From positions 120,094,001 through 120,158,000 of the forward strand of contig NC_043001.1 of NCBI RefSeq assembly GCF_006345805.1: 64,000 nucleotides of DNA, written 5' to 3'. Below, in pieces: positions 1-12,122 of the stretch. The translations under genes and the position numbers were made by a program. Positions within the stretch are counted from its first letter, which is position 1. Each line of letters opens with the position of its first letter. This DNA comes from Octopus sinensis. Its lineage: Eukaryota. A model generated the notes under the pieces. That model was given only the letters and a program-made list of their open reading frames with translations. It ran no database searches and had not been told where the DNA came from.

Positions 1-130
1 CCAAGAAAAAGATCCTTTGAGAGGTGGATAGTATTGGAGAAGGGGGTTTTGTACCGGGTGATGAGAGGTTAGAGTATGATCGAGGGATAAAAGCAGGTGT
101 CTTGCTGAAGAGGAGATACATGGTTACCCC

Positions 131-135
<5 letters not shown>

Positions 136-211
<76 letters not shown>

Positions 212-256
212 AAGAAAGAGGGAGAGAGAGAAAAGGAGAAAGTGAGAGTGAGAGAG
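136..256. repeat. (AG)n microsatellite, representative of dozens of (TA)n/(CA)n/(AG)n/(AAT)n/(GATA)n tracts across the window
   Basis: Read directly. These tracts generate most ER/YI/HT/CV/SL-repeat ORFs in the track. Confidence 0.98.
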
Positions 257-982
257 AGCAACGGTGAGAGGGAGCGAGACAGAAGGTGGTGATAAGCCAG
301 GGCATGTATACACACGTATAAATATGTATGTGTGCGTGTACATGTGTACATATATATGTGTGTGTATATGTACAGATATGTATACATATGTATAAGTATG
401 TATGTTTGTACGTGTGTGTGTCTGTGCGTGTGTGCGCAAGCGTAAGACAGCAATGACAGTTCTATGACTTTCTACTGCTCGGGGATGTTTTTCCTTTATC
501 TCAGTAAGTACCAGTTACGCACTGGGTTCGATGTAATCGACTTAATCCCCTTGTCTGTCCTTGTTTGTCCCCTCTATGTTTAGCCCCTTGTGGGCAACAA
601 AAAAATAAGATACCTTCCTGGTGTTTATGACCTTAAGGAGTTATCTTGGCTACAGCTTGTATATGTTTCTTGCACTTTCTCACAGCAAGTTATCGATTTA
701 AACCAATTAAGATAACTGTTTGAGATAACAGAGTCGTTTGATCTCTTGCATGTTTCTTGCATGTCCGTTATAATTCTGATTTCTCTACAAGTTCGAATGT
801 TCTTTTGTAAAGTATGTTCTTTTATGCAATATGTTGTTAGATGTGTCATCGTCAAAGTTACACCTCACCTGCTTTTACCTATTCAAAAATTTATCTGAAG
901 ATCGTAGATTTATATTATGATGTAATCTATGAGTACAATAATAAGGTTCTACCGAAATAACTGTCGTAAATTTTAAACCCCA

Positions 983-1350
983 TTGGTAGCTGTGTGGTAA
1001 GAAGCTTGCTTCCCAATCACATGGTTCACAGTTCGGTCCCACTGCATGGCACTTCGGGGAAGTGTTTTCAACTATAGCATCGGGCTGACGAAAGACTTAT
1101 GAGTGGGTTTGGTAGACGGAAACTGAAAGAAGCCTGTCGTAGATATGTATATATGTATATCTATGTGTATGTGTCTTTGTGTCTGTGTTTGTCCCATGCC
1201 ATCACTTGATCACCAATGCTGATATGTTTACGTCCCCGTAACCTAGTGGTTTGTCAAAAGATACCGATAGAGTAAATAACAAAAAACATAAGTACATTCG
1301 ACTAAAATTTCAAAGTGGTACCCCAGCATCTCCATCACTGAACCAAGTGA
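983..1350 (+). mobile_element. tRNA-derived SINE, family B (possibly CORE-type)
   Basis: A-box-like GGTAGCTGTGTGGTAAG and degenerate B-box GGTTCACAGTTCGGTCCC, then a body with an internal (GT)n spacer. The 3' half recurs at about 62165-62345 and similar heads occur at about 54505 and 63840. Confidence 0.75.
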
Positions 1351-2155
1351 ACGATAAAAGATATTACCAACTGTACCTCCTCCGCAAAAATATCTTTCTG
1401 GTATCTAATAAAAAGAAATTGTCGAAATATTAGAAATATATCTAAAATATTACTCTCTATCATGTTCATTTGAAATTCTAAAAGAATGTTTTGTACTTTA
1501 TTTTATTTGCAAACACTTGAAATAATTAGAAAATTCTCATAATTTATCTATATTTACCTTTTGTCAATTCGTTTCGTCTCAATCATTTAGTTTTCCTTTC
1601 ATGTCAATTCATTGATGAATATGAAGAACTAACTATAAACTTCAAATATCAATTATATAACACACACACAGACACATACACACACATATATGCCAAAAAA
1701 TAAAACCTCTGGTGGTCGTTTGCTCTGATATAAGTAAATTACTAGTAATTTTTATATCCCTTTCCAATGGGGTTTGATATATAATAGTGAATCATAAATA
1801 CTCCAAATTATTGTGCCGAACGCATTCGCTCCGAAAATCCAGTGTCTTTACAATTTGGAGTGACTTGGTGAAGCCATCATTTTTTTTCATTCGTAAATGT
1901 AATGCTTCTCTAAACAACAATTGAGAGAATTTTCAGAACAAGTTTATCAGTTATGTGAAGGAATGAAAATTGACTGTTTTATTGATTTTGGAGGTGTCAC
2001 TCGATAACTTTAACAAGTAAAGAACTCGAACAGCCTCCAGACATCTAGCATGTAAATATTTTTCTCTAATTAATCCTATTCATTGAAATAAAAAAAACCA
2101 TTACCTACCTACCTACATAACTATGTTTCTCTGTCGGTCCATCTGTCTGTCTATT

Positions 2156-2211
<56 letters not shown>

Positions 2212-2334
2212 AATATAGACAGATAGATAAATAGATAGACAGATAGATAGATTATATATATAGATAAATATATTACTACTACTACTACTACTACTAATAT
2301 AATAATAATACTAATAATGATAATAATAATAATG

Positions 2335-2545
2335 TTTTCTACTATAGGCACAAGGCCTGAAATTTTGGAGGAGAGGACTAGTCGATTACATCGACTCCAT
2401 TGCTTTATTGGTACTTCTTTCATCGAACCCGAAAGGATGAAAGGCAAAGTGGACCTCGGCGGAATTTGAACTCAGAACGTAGCGACGGGCGAAATACCGG
2501 CAAGTATTTCGTCCAGCGCACTAACGATTCTGCCAGCTCGCTGCC
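2335..2545 (-). mobile_element. tRNA-derived SINE, family A
   Basis: The reverse complement starts GGCAGCGAGCTGGCAGAATCGTTAG (A box) and has GTTCTGAGTTCAAATTCC (B box) and the GTCGATGTAATCGAC motif. At least 8 related copies are in the window. Confidence 0.85.
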
Positions 2546-2576
2546 TCAGTAATAAAATGATAATAATAATAATATT

Positions 2577-2714
2577 CTTATCTGCTATAGATACTAGGCC
2601 GGAAATTTGGCTGGGGCAGTCGATTACACAGGACTCAGTGCTTCACTGGTACTTCTTTCATCGACCCCGAAAGGATGAAAGGCAATGTGGACCTCGGCGG
2701 AATTTGAACTCAGA
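2577..2714 (-). mobile_element. SINE family A, partial (3' part)
   Basis: Close similarity to 2335-2480. Confidence 0.8.
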
Positions 2715-2855
2715 TCGTCTGCCACCAAGGAACATACTCAATTGGTTATGGTCAAGCAACTGACAAGCAAATCTGTAGTATTGAGCAGAATATTTGCAGT
2801 AGCCCATCTTTTATACTGATGCTCCCCCACTACTTGTACTTGTGATACTTTCAAC

Positions 2856-2907
<52 letters not shown>

Positions 2908-2917
2908 CATTATAATA

Positions 2918-2955
<38 letters not shown>

Positions 2956-3398
2956 GTAATGTTGTTGTTGTTGTTGTTGTTGTTATTATTATATTATTAT
3001 TATTATTAATAAAAATTCATACCAGGAGTTGAGATAAATTTGGTAAATGTGAGAAAAAGGTTGCAAAGTATAATATGGTAAAGCTTTTCGCCACTAGAAG
3101 CCTGAAAGTGCCGTATCTTGTCTGCTTGTCTTCCAGTTTGTTGTAAAGAAACCGGAACGAAATCGTCCAGTCAAAAAGCCCCAGGAGATAAATTCTGAGC
3201 AAAAGCATGGCCACTGCGGCAGGGAGATATTTGCTTATCGAACGTGTTAGGTTCAGAATGAGGACGGGATGAGATAAAGATGCAAGGAGAAAGGAAATGA
3301 TGGTGAGGGTTAATTTTCACATCATGTGCTGTAGTATACATGCATATGTGTGTATACATATCACAGATGAGTGAGAAAGTTATATTTTTATTTCTTAC

Positions 3399-3488
3399 AT
3401 TTCGGTGAGAACGAAAGAAACGATGTGGTATAGTGCTCCAATTCATGATGCATTCGACCGGTATGCTCGGCATCTGCGTACATAATAG
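3399..3488 (-). CDS. Candidate 90-nt internal exon of an unidentified host gene
   Basis: Strong acceptor TTGTTTTTTTCTGCTCCAG| and donor |GTAAGA. The phase-1 frame reads IMYADAEHTGRMHHELEHYTTSFLSFSPK. No homology recognised. Confidence 0.3.
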
Positions 3489-4582
3489 CTGGAGCAGAAA
3501 AAAACAATCTTATTATGAAGGTAAGCGCTTGGTTGAAAAGATATCTTTAATTTGATCATTTTCTCAAGTAAGGTCTATATTTATTCCAGTATTATTCACC
3601 TTATGACATAATGTGCAGCGTTTTCCTTTAATGTCTTTATATTCCATAACAGATATGTATCAGTAAGCCTCTCTTAGCTGTTACATGAGAATTTTGGGTT
3701 ATTGAATTTGATCCTGATGGTATCTTCTTTAGCTCACATTTTCGAACGTCTGTCGATCCCTTGACTTCAACTCTGACTCACACACAATGGTTCCTCTACT
3801 GAAATGGCAGTGAAGCTGACATATAGTAATACCTCTGCATAGGAAGCCTGCCTCCATTTGAGGCGTGTTCCTATTTAGTTATATTTTATAGTAATATTTT
3901 CTTTACGTTAGGAGCACATCAAGTGACCCTCAAAATATGTCAATTGGATATTTTCTGTAGCGATATATTTGGGGTATTTTTTAACTAAACTAACGAAGCG
4001 CCTGCCTACGAAAATTTTTATTGTTAGGGAAATGCTATAAAACAATTAGCTTCAATAAAATGGTGGCCTTTTATACTCCCAAAGAAAGTCTTAACTCCAG
4101 GAAACTAAATTACTTTTCTCTCTGGGTTTTGAGCTGGACGATTTTTGCAACAGCCGTAAGACTGGTAGACCGGACGTAACACTTTTGGAACTGCAGTGAC
4201 AAAGAACTCATGGCATACCATTCCTTTTGGCCTTTTACCTTTTCTTATGAATATTAGGGTTATGTCAGCGCCTGGCAACAATTCGATTGATCAAGATGAT
4301 ATTTCTTACAACACAGTCACGACTGCGACTATATATATGTACACACAGAAAGAGAGAGAGAGAGAGAAATATGGTTCCAAAGACAAAGATAGGTGAGGGG
4401 ACAACAAACAGATGTTTTACTTTGACGCATGGGAAGAATGGAAAATACTTTGACGTTTCGATTCTACGTTCTTCAGCAGAAAGGGAGGAGAGAGAATAAA
4501 ACGGAAAGAGAAAAGATGTGTCTGGATTAACGTTTTCACATATATGTGTGTGAGTGCGTGTGTGTGTGGTGTGTGTGTGTGT

Positions 4583-4625
<43 letters not shown>

Positions 4626-4871
4626 TGTGTACATACACACCTTATCAGTAAGGTGATATCGGCTAACTTTCAATCGAAGGGACTGTTATTTTCTCAGATC
4701 TTGTTGAGAAATTTTGAAATTAAAATCAGAAAAGACAGCAAAATGTTCTTCTAATGTGAAATAAATAAAGTACATCTGCCTTTTAAACGTGGTGAAACCA
4801 ATCGTTTCGTTTTGTATCTATATTTGTCATGCATACACACGCAAACACATACATACCACATACCTACACAC

Positions 4872-4912
<41 letters not shown>

Positions 4913-4953
4913 ATATATATATACATATATATGCATATATCTATATATATATA

Positions 4954-5003
<50 letters not shown>

Positions 5004-5084
5004 CAACAATTGAGGGTAAAATAATTAATTAATCAATTTCACCAAGTATTCAGTATGCAAAGGGACCATTTAAGGCGAATTCAA

Positions 5085-5390
5085 ATTATTACATTATATA
5101 AAAGGGCTTAGTAAAATAAATTACTTTGCCGCATACTGAACTCATTAGAAATAGCAGCTAAAAAAAACTTTTTTAAAACTATTTCTAATACTTAAAGAAA
5201 ACCTCTCTCATATAGTGTTTGCTCAATTCAACTCACGCAAATATTTGCGTGAGTTGAATTGAGCAACACTATACGAGAGAGGTTTTCTTTAAGTATTAGA
5301 AATAGTTTTAAAAAAGTTTTTTTAGCTGCTATTTCTAATGAGTTCAATGCGGCAAAGTAATTTATTTTACTAAGCCCTTTTATATAATGT

Positions 5391-5396
<6 letters not shown>
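5085..5396. repeat. Near-perfect 312-bp palindrome with no spacer
   Basis: The arms ATTATTACATTATATAAAAGGG...CTCACGCAAAT and ATTTGCGTGAG...CCCTTTTATATAATGTAATAAT pair with only a few small indels and mismatches. Centre at about 5242. Confidence 0.95.
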
Positions 5397-5431
<35 letters not shown>

Positions 5432-5529
5432 CATATATACTTTGATACTTTGATACTTTGATAGGTTTCGGCCATTATTGGCCCAGGCCATGTCTAACTT
5501 AATAGCACCACCTGGTGAAGTCTTTCAAG

Positions 5530-8490
5530 TCAGAATTTGGGCACTATGGCCCACTCAAGTAGAGAGTTATTGTTTACAGAGACATATCCGGGTGTAGGGG
5601 GTTTATCCGGGATTTCTTGAAGGAATCTGTCCAAAGACTTCTTGAACCCTATAGGGTCAGTTTCTGTTTTAATGTGTTTTGGTGTAATGTTAAAGAGAGC
5701 GGGGCCAATTGAGGTGAAATAATTGTGCCGTATTGTTGTTATGAGATGAGAGTGCGATTTTTGTTTTGGGCGGATGGCACGGGGCCCAAGCCTTGGATGT
5801 ACCTTAAAGGTGATGCCAACATCATTTGGGCAATGCTGATGGAATATTTTCCACATCATGCAGATGATGTAGCGCTCACGACGACGTTGGAGAGAATAGA
5901 GTTTTAGCTTTTCTAGCCGACCCCAATAGTCGAGGCCTGTCATGCCATCTATCTTTTTTGTGATTGCCCTTTGAGGTGCTTCAACTTTTATGATACCTTG
6001 TATTGTGTGGGGAGACCACAGTGGACAACAGTATTCAAGGTGGGGTCGGGCAAAAGTGGAGAAGAGAAGGATAATGGTGTGGATATCTCTTGACTGGAAA
6101 GTTCTGAGAATCCAGGAACACATTCTGCGGGCCATGTCAACTTTGGTGTTTATATGAGTGGCCCAGCTTACGTTGTTGTCCACAATTACTCCCAAGTCTC
6201 TGATGTTGTTGGACGCCGCGAGAGTTTCACCTGAAGGAAGGGAGTATGGGAGTTTCAGGGAATCCTCTTTTCCAAAGTGGATTAGCTCAAATTTATCCTC
6301 GTTCAGCAGCATATTGTTTTTTTTTCTGCCCATTGGATAACAGCCAGTAGATCTGACTGAAGGCATGTCCGGTCACTCGCCTCATTTATGACCTTCTGTA
6401 GCTTGGAGTCATCTGCAAAGATTTTTATGTTGCTGTGCTTGATGATGTCATTAATGTCATTAATGTAAATGATGAAAAGAAGTGGGCCCAGCACAGTGCC
6501 TTGCGGAACGCCACTACTGACTTTGGCTGGGCTTGATTTTACCCCTTCAACTACAACATGTTGAGATCTGTCTGTCAGGAAACACTTAATCCATTTCAGT
6601 AACTTTCCAGAGACACACCAATGTTGGATAGTTTTTTCAATAGGATCTTGTGATCGACCCTGTCGAAGGCCTTACTGAAATCAAGGTAGATGACATCGGT
6701 GTTGGAGCCCTCTCCCAAAGCTCTCAAAATGTCCTCAAAGTGATGCAGGAGCTGCGTTAGGCAGTCCCTTCCATTACGGAACCCATGTTGGTTGGAGATC
6801 AGCCGTCTGTTGCTTTCCAGAAATTGGGTTATTCGAGATCTCACCACCCTCTCAAATACCTTGATGATATGAGAGGTGAGTGAGATCGGACGGTAATTCA
6901 CTGCAAGGGACTTGTTTCCCTTTTTGAAAACTGGGACAACAGACTGGGACAGAAGGTTTTTTGGAATATAGCCAGCATCCAGTGAGTTTCTCCACAGATT
7001 AGCAAGGGGAGATGCAAGTTGGTGTCGACACACCTTCAGGACACAAGCAGGGAACCTATCGGGGCCTACTGCTGAATTGTGTTTTATTTCGTTTATCGCC
7101 GCTAAGACATCAGGGGCACTAAACGTTATGTCCGATATAGTGTGTTGGGGGTTGACATCACTGATACAGCCCAGATCGGCCATATCAGGATTGCTGAAAC
7201 AGAGCAGTATTGTTTCTGCAGTATCTCGGCCATGGATTTGGCATTATCTTGGAGAGTGCCAGTTTCGTCAATTAGAGGGCCTACAGTGAGACAGTGACCC
7301 TGCGTTTCCTCGCAAATGAAAAGAACACTTTGGGGTTGAGTTTGATTTTTTCAATGGCCACTTCTCCTCAGCTGATCTTTGGTTATTGATGAGGGTCTTC
7401 ATGCATTGTTGGAGGTTATATTTTTTGGATTCAAGCAGTGCGATAGCCGTCGAATGTGTGTGTTGCTGTTGGCAGTACTTTAGTTTGTTAATTTTTTTGT
7501 TTGTTCTATTTATTTTTCTGATAATGGTTTTTCTGTTTTGGGGGATTCTGCACTTTTTGTTCACAGGTCTTGGTGGGGAGTGTTTTGCACATATGTCTGT
7601 GACGGTGTCTACAAAGATCTGCCAAGATGTTTTATGGTTGGTGGAGATGTGTGTATGTGTAAAGGACCAGTCACATTTGATAGCTCGTTCCTGATTGCAT
7701 CCCAGTTGGCTTTATGGAGATCCATGTTGTCAAATGGGTGGGCTGGAGGAAGGTCACTAGGATTAGCTTTCGGCTGGTGGAATTTCATGTTACAGAGAAC
7801 CATGTCATGGTCTGAAAGAAGGTTTTTTCCACTGTAACGTTATGTATAGTGTTAGTGTGGTTACTAAACACTAGGTCCAAAATGTTCTGATGTCTTGTTG
7901 TGCAAGGACAAGTTGGGACAAGAAAAACTCATTCGTAAAGTCGAAAAGTGACTCTGCTGCTTCTTTGTCAGCGGTTGAGGCGGGAGTGCTTGGTTGGTTT
8001 CAAACAGTTTGTAGTCCAGTCAACACAGGGTAGATTGAAGTCTCCCATCATGAGTATGTTGCTAGAATGGCACTGTTGAATAAAGCACTTAATGCTGTTG
8101 AGGCATTCTTTAAAGCACAGTATGGGTGTTTGGGGCGGCCTATAGAGCCCAATTACTGTCAGGTCATTGGCTTTGTTGTGCACGGTGACTGATTCACAGT
8201 AGCCATTGGAGAATATACTATTTCCATCTGCCGTAAATGAATCATGCAGGAAATGGCAGTTCCACCCTTCCTCCTGCCGATACGATCCGCGCGGATGGTT
8301 GTGAAATTCTTCACTCTCACTTCGGCTTCCAAGTGGGAGTTGTCAAGGTGGGTCTCAGTGAGAATGAAGAAAAGGATGTGGTGTGAATGGTTACCAACCC
8401 AGTCTTCAATGAATTGGACCTTCCATTTTTGTGCATTGATGGAAGGGCTGACACCTTGTGCATTGAGTAGGAAGTGGAGGTTAGTGTAGT
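5530..8490 (-). pseudogene. LINE ORF2 (APE endonuclease + reverse transcriptase) with a few frameshifts and stops
   Basis: APE motifs LLNAQG, ETH, GLYRPP, GDFNLP, SDHD. RT motifs YRPISLTSH, QHGFR, YLDFSKAFD, PLLFIIYIND, IFADDSKL, LGVIVDNN, LEYCCPLWSP, LQRRRERY. Confidence 0.92.
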
Positions 8491-8769
8491 GGCTGGTTTT
8501 GACTGTTGCAGGGGGCTTGGATTTTTTGTGTGTGTTAGTGGCAGCAATGTGGGGAATTGGTGCACTGGGGTAATAGCATAGGATGGTGTTGAGTGATGGC
8601 TAGAATGTTTCTGTGTATCTCTTTTGCCATGTTCAACATGGCTAAAAAAGAATTTTCCTGCTTAGGGAGCAGTTTTTGGCTGGAGGTGTGGTTGCACTGT
8701 TGGATAGGGTTGTAGTTTCCACTTTTGTTGTTGTTGTTTTTGTGTCTTCCTGAAAAGACTGGACCAGCA

Positions 8770-9009
8770 TTACTGAAGCTTTTCATAATGGCCTCTTATC
8801 AGTTTGAAAGATACTTCGATATGTTTCAGTTTGCTATGAATCTGTTTGACGGATCGTGTGTTGACCACTTGTGATGTTTTTTCGGCAATCTCATTCAAAC
8901 ACAAAACATTTAGATTTTCTGTTTGGGAAAGAGAGAACCATGTGTTTATTAAAACATCAATTTCGTTATCAGACCAATTTCGTCTGTTGCAGGCCTGCAA
9001 GTTAGTCAT
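8770..9009 (-). CDS. LINE ORF1 N-terminal part, Myb/SANT (trihelix)-like domain
   Basis: RRNWSDNEIDVLINTW...EIAEK...RSVKQIHSKLKHI fits the trihelix pattern W(S/T)xxExxxLIxxW...IAxx...RxxxQxxxK. It probably continues by frameshift into 8535-8786. Confidence 0.6.
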   Translation of the reverse strand: MTNLQACNRRNWSDNEIDVLINTWFSLSQTENLNVLCLNEIAEKTSQVVNTRSVKQIHSKLKHIEVSFKLIRGHYEKLQ

Positions 9010-9350
9010 GTTTGTTTTTCTTTTGTTTGTTTTCCTTTTGATTTTTGAAAATATATATATTCTTTCTTGGGAGTTAAAGAAGTGTATATATATATAAATG
9101 TTCTCTCTTAAGGGTGTGAGTTTTTGATTATTGGTTGTTTGAGGATATTAAAAGAAAAACAGTTGTATATAACAATTTGTAGTTAAATGAAAACGTACTT
9201 ACGGGTTTGTAGGCAAACACGTGGTTACAAATATATATATATTTAAGGTCAGTTAGTTTTGAAGCTGTGTAGCTTGCTACTGACTTGGGAGAGAAACAAA
9301 TAGACGTCCGTCCACTTCAACAGTTAATCCACATATTAATCCATATATAT

Positions 9351-9400
<50 letters not shown>

Positions 9401-9417
9401 TACATATATGTATTTAG

Positions 9418-9485
<68 letters not shown>

Positions 9486-9846
9486 CAGACAGAATGAGCA
9501 AGGGAGCATATGAAAGTGATATATATACATAAATCAATAAATAGAAACCTTTTCGGTGTTCAAAGAATTTTACCTATATTTGAAGTTTTCTAAAAATATA
9601 TGAAAGAAAAATAAAACATTTCTGTCAAACGGAAACCAGTTAGGAGAATAAATCTAATAATAACTTAAAACGAAATAACACAGAACGCAAATACACGAGA
9701 GAGGTTATCAAAATAGGTAACGATAAAGCAAAGACGAAATTGAGACGTATTCTGTAAATTCTACAAGCTGCTAACACACAGGAACACACACATACATACA
9801 CATATTTACATGTGTATGTATGCATTTACATGTGTATGTGTGTATG

Positions 9847-9908
<62 letters not shown>

Positions 9909-10020
9909 ACTTATAAACAAGGGCAAGAAAAAAATTTCTCATGCCAAATATGCCGAAACTAGACACGTCCATAACCATATAATTCATCACTATAAGCACG
10001 CGTCTCGAAGAAAGCCGAAT

Positions 10021-10054
<34 letters not shown>

Positions 10055-10116
10055 ATATATATATATATTATATATATATATATATACATACATACATACA
10101 TACATACATACATACA

Positions 10117-10427
10117 CAAGAGTTACGGAATGGAGTAGACAAGATCTGGGCTGCATATGTTCCATAGCGACCGGAACCTTAGAGGTGGTAAATATCCAGG
10201 CGAGGTGTATACTAGAGGCTACACTCCAGGCCAAGGATATCTTGAATCTTCTATGCGTTAACATGTACCTTCTTGCGGCAATGTAAACTTTCATGTAATC
10301 GAGATATCCTTGGCTGGAAGAGCAGCCTCTAGTATACACCTTGCCTGGATATTTACCACCTGTGTGGTTCCGCTCGCTATGAAACATATGTAGCCCGGAT
10401 CTTATCTACTCCATTCCGTATTTCTTG
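10117..10427. mobile_element. MITE/foldback element with about 125-bp terminal inverted repeats and an about 55-bp spacer
   Basis: TACGGAATGGAGTAGACAAGATCTGGGC...CAAGGATATCT pairs with AGATATCCTTGG...GCCCGGATCTTATCTACTCCATTCCGTA. Confidence 0.8.
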
Positions 10428-11046
10428 TATTCTTATTAGCACACCCGGCAACCCTGGTCGCCTTCCGTGAAATATATATGGAAATCTTTTTTCAGTTATC
10501 GTACTTCGATATGGAAAAAATCCACAACCTTCCTTCTTAATAATATACTATTGTCTCTGACAGTTGTTTTTTTTTCTATTTACTATGATTTGCTTGAAGC
10601 TAACTTTCCTCCTGCAACGCGGTCGCTGGAACATACAATTATATATATATATACGTTTTTCCTTTCCTCCTTTTACCCCCTCTTAATTCTATTTAACCCT
10701 TTTTAAGCGTCTTTTCCCTTTCTTTCTGCAACATTCCCATATTTACTTACCTCTACTCTCTCCATCACTCTTTTCCTCCCCCTTTCTGTTTCACGTTAGC
10801 AGCCCGAGTTATTTCGCGTCCATTATCAAGTGCAGCTACTTTTTCATGCTCATGGGATGTAAACTCTGCTTGTCTTTCTTCAACTTCTCTTTCTCTCTAC
10901 TCCCTAACGATGGATTACATGCGAAACGTTGGATATTCCACTCCTCACAGCAAGTTCACTGTACCCCTTTCACTTTTTTCTATATTTTTAAAGTCTTGCC
11001 GAAGCAGATCTACACAAAATTCCTTGTAGTTAGCATATATATATAT

Positions 11047-11096
<50 letters not shown>

Positions 11097-11226
11097 GGGG
11101 AAGGCCGGTTTATGGGATTACCCTGGTTTTCCCGCCCATATAGGGTTTAGCTTTATGGCGTATCGTCAGACTCCAAAACCTGTTGGCTTAAGACCTCTTC
11201 AAAATATGGAGAGGAAAAGGCCTCGG

Positions 11227-11395
11227 TACGAAGGTAAAGCAATAGGAGATTATCTCCTTTTGCCACTGGGTATCGACTTCCGGCTGTGCCGCCATCTTGC
11301 GGTCTCCAAAGGGCTACGAAGGTAAACAATTATCTCCCTTCACCATTGGCTGATGACTTTCCGGTGTGCCACGATCTTGTGGTCCCCCAAAAGCT
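11227..11395. promoter_or_regulatory. Duplicated GC-rich unit (about 88 bp) containing ETS, YY1 and CCAAT motifs
   Basis: GACTTCCGG at 11275-11283, GCCGCCATCTTG (reverse CAAGATGGCGGC) at 11288-11299, CCATTGGCT at 11343-11351. Both units start TACGAAGGTAAA. Confidence 0.45.
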
Positions 11396-11507
11396 GGCAG
11401 GAATTTCCTAAAATGTAAACATGGCTCGAAAATGTCCATTTTGGAGTTAAGAATGGTCCCTGTGTCGAGTGAGTATGCTTCTTCTCAAGATTCGCGTTTT
11501 CTACAAA

Positions 11508-11571
<64 letters not shown>

Positions 11572-11879
11572 TCGCTGACATCGATTTAGCAGTCACTATC
11601 ATGGATAATCTCCTAACAATATGTTGCAAATGTAAATATAATTGAACCAAACGCTAAGTACAAAACACACACACACACACACACACACATTTGTGACAAA
11701 CACTTAGTGAGAGTGAGAGGAGAGGCTGGAATTGGCGAAGAATTGATCATCGTGTACTTCAATTAAATTTACATTTATACCATACTGTTACATGCTTGCC
11801 AATACCAACTCCTCTTACTGCGATAGCTTCATTTTCATTTGCTACAAAATGATTTTTTTCTTAATTTATTTATGCGCCC

Positions 11880-12122
11880 TTTTCAAGCCTAGCCAGACAC
11901 TTGGGCCCGATTTCCCGGTTTCTGTGGCGTATGTATGCCCCCTAGCTGGACGGGACACCAGTCCATCGCAGCGTTATTCAATAAACAGGAAGAGAGAGTG
12001 AGAGAAAGTTGGAGCGAAAGAGTACAACAGGGGTTGACGTTACCCCTTGCCGGAGGCTCGTGGAGCTTTTGGTGTTTTCGCTCAATAAACACACGCAACG
12101 CCAGGTCTAACCACTGGGCCAT
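11880..12122 (-). mobile_element. tRNA-derived SINE, third family
   Basis: The reverse strand starts ATGGCCCAGTGGTTAG (A box). The 3' part contains GCGATGGACTGGTGTCCCGTCCAG. Confidence 0.65.

Larger units (their letters stand above)
5438..9340 (-). mobile_element. Near full-length CR1-group non-LTR retrotransposon (about 3.9 kb)
   Basis: APE and RT motifs in the expected order, a 3' tail of the 8-mer (TATCAAAG)x3 typical of CR1 ends, an upstream ORF and 5' UTR, and (TA)n on both flanks. Confidence 0.9.

Noticed and set aside
625-855. Cys-rich 76-aa ORF resembling a small toxin-like peptide
   Set aside because: No signal peptide, an in-frame stop just upstream, and no credible splice acceptor.
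1377-1404. 28-nt minus-strand micro-exon, plus similar GT-AG segments at about 3.0-3.2, 3.75, 4.3 and 28.0 kb
   Set aside because: Several frames and both strands are equally plausible, so they cannot be distinguished from chance without transcripts.
10436-10465. Possible Helitron 3' end (hairpin + CTAA) on the minus strand
   Set aside because: Weak hairpin and no identifiable 5' TC end.
11350-11440. CTGATGA ... CGAAA as a hammerhead ribozyme
   Set aside because: No stem II or stem I pairing around the core.
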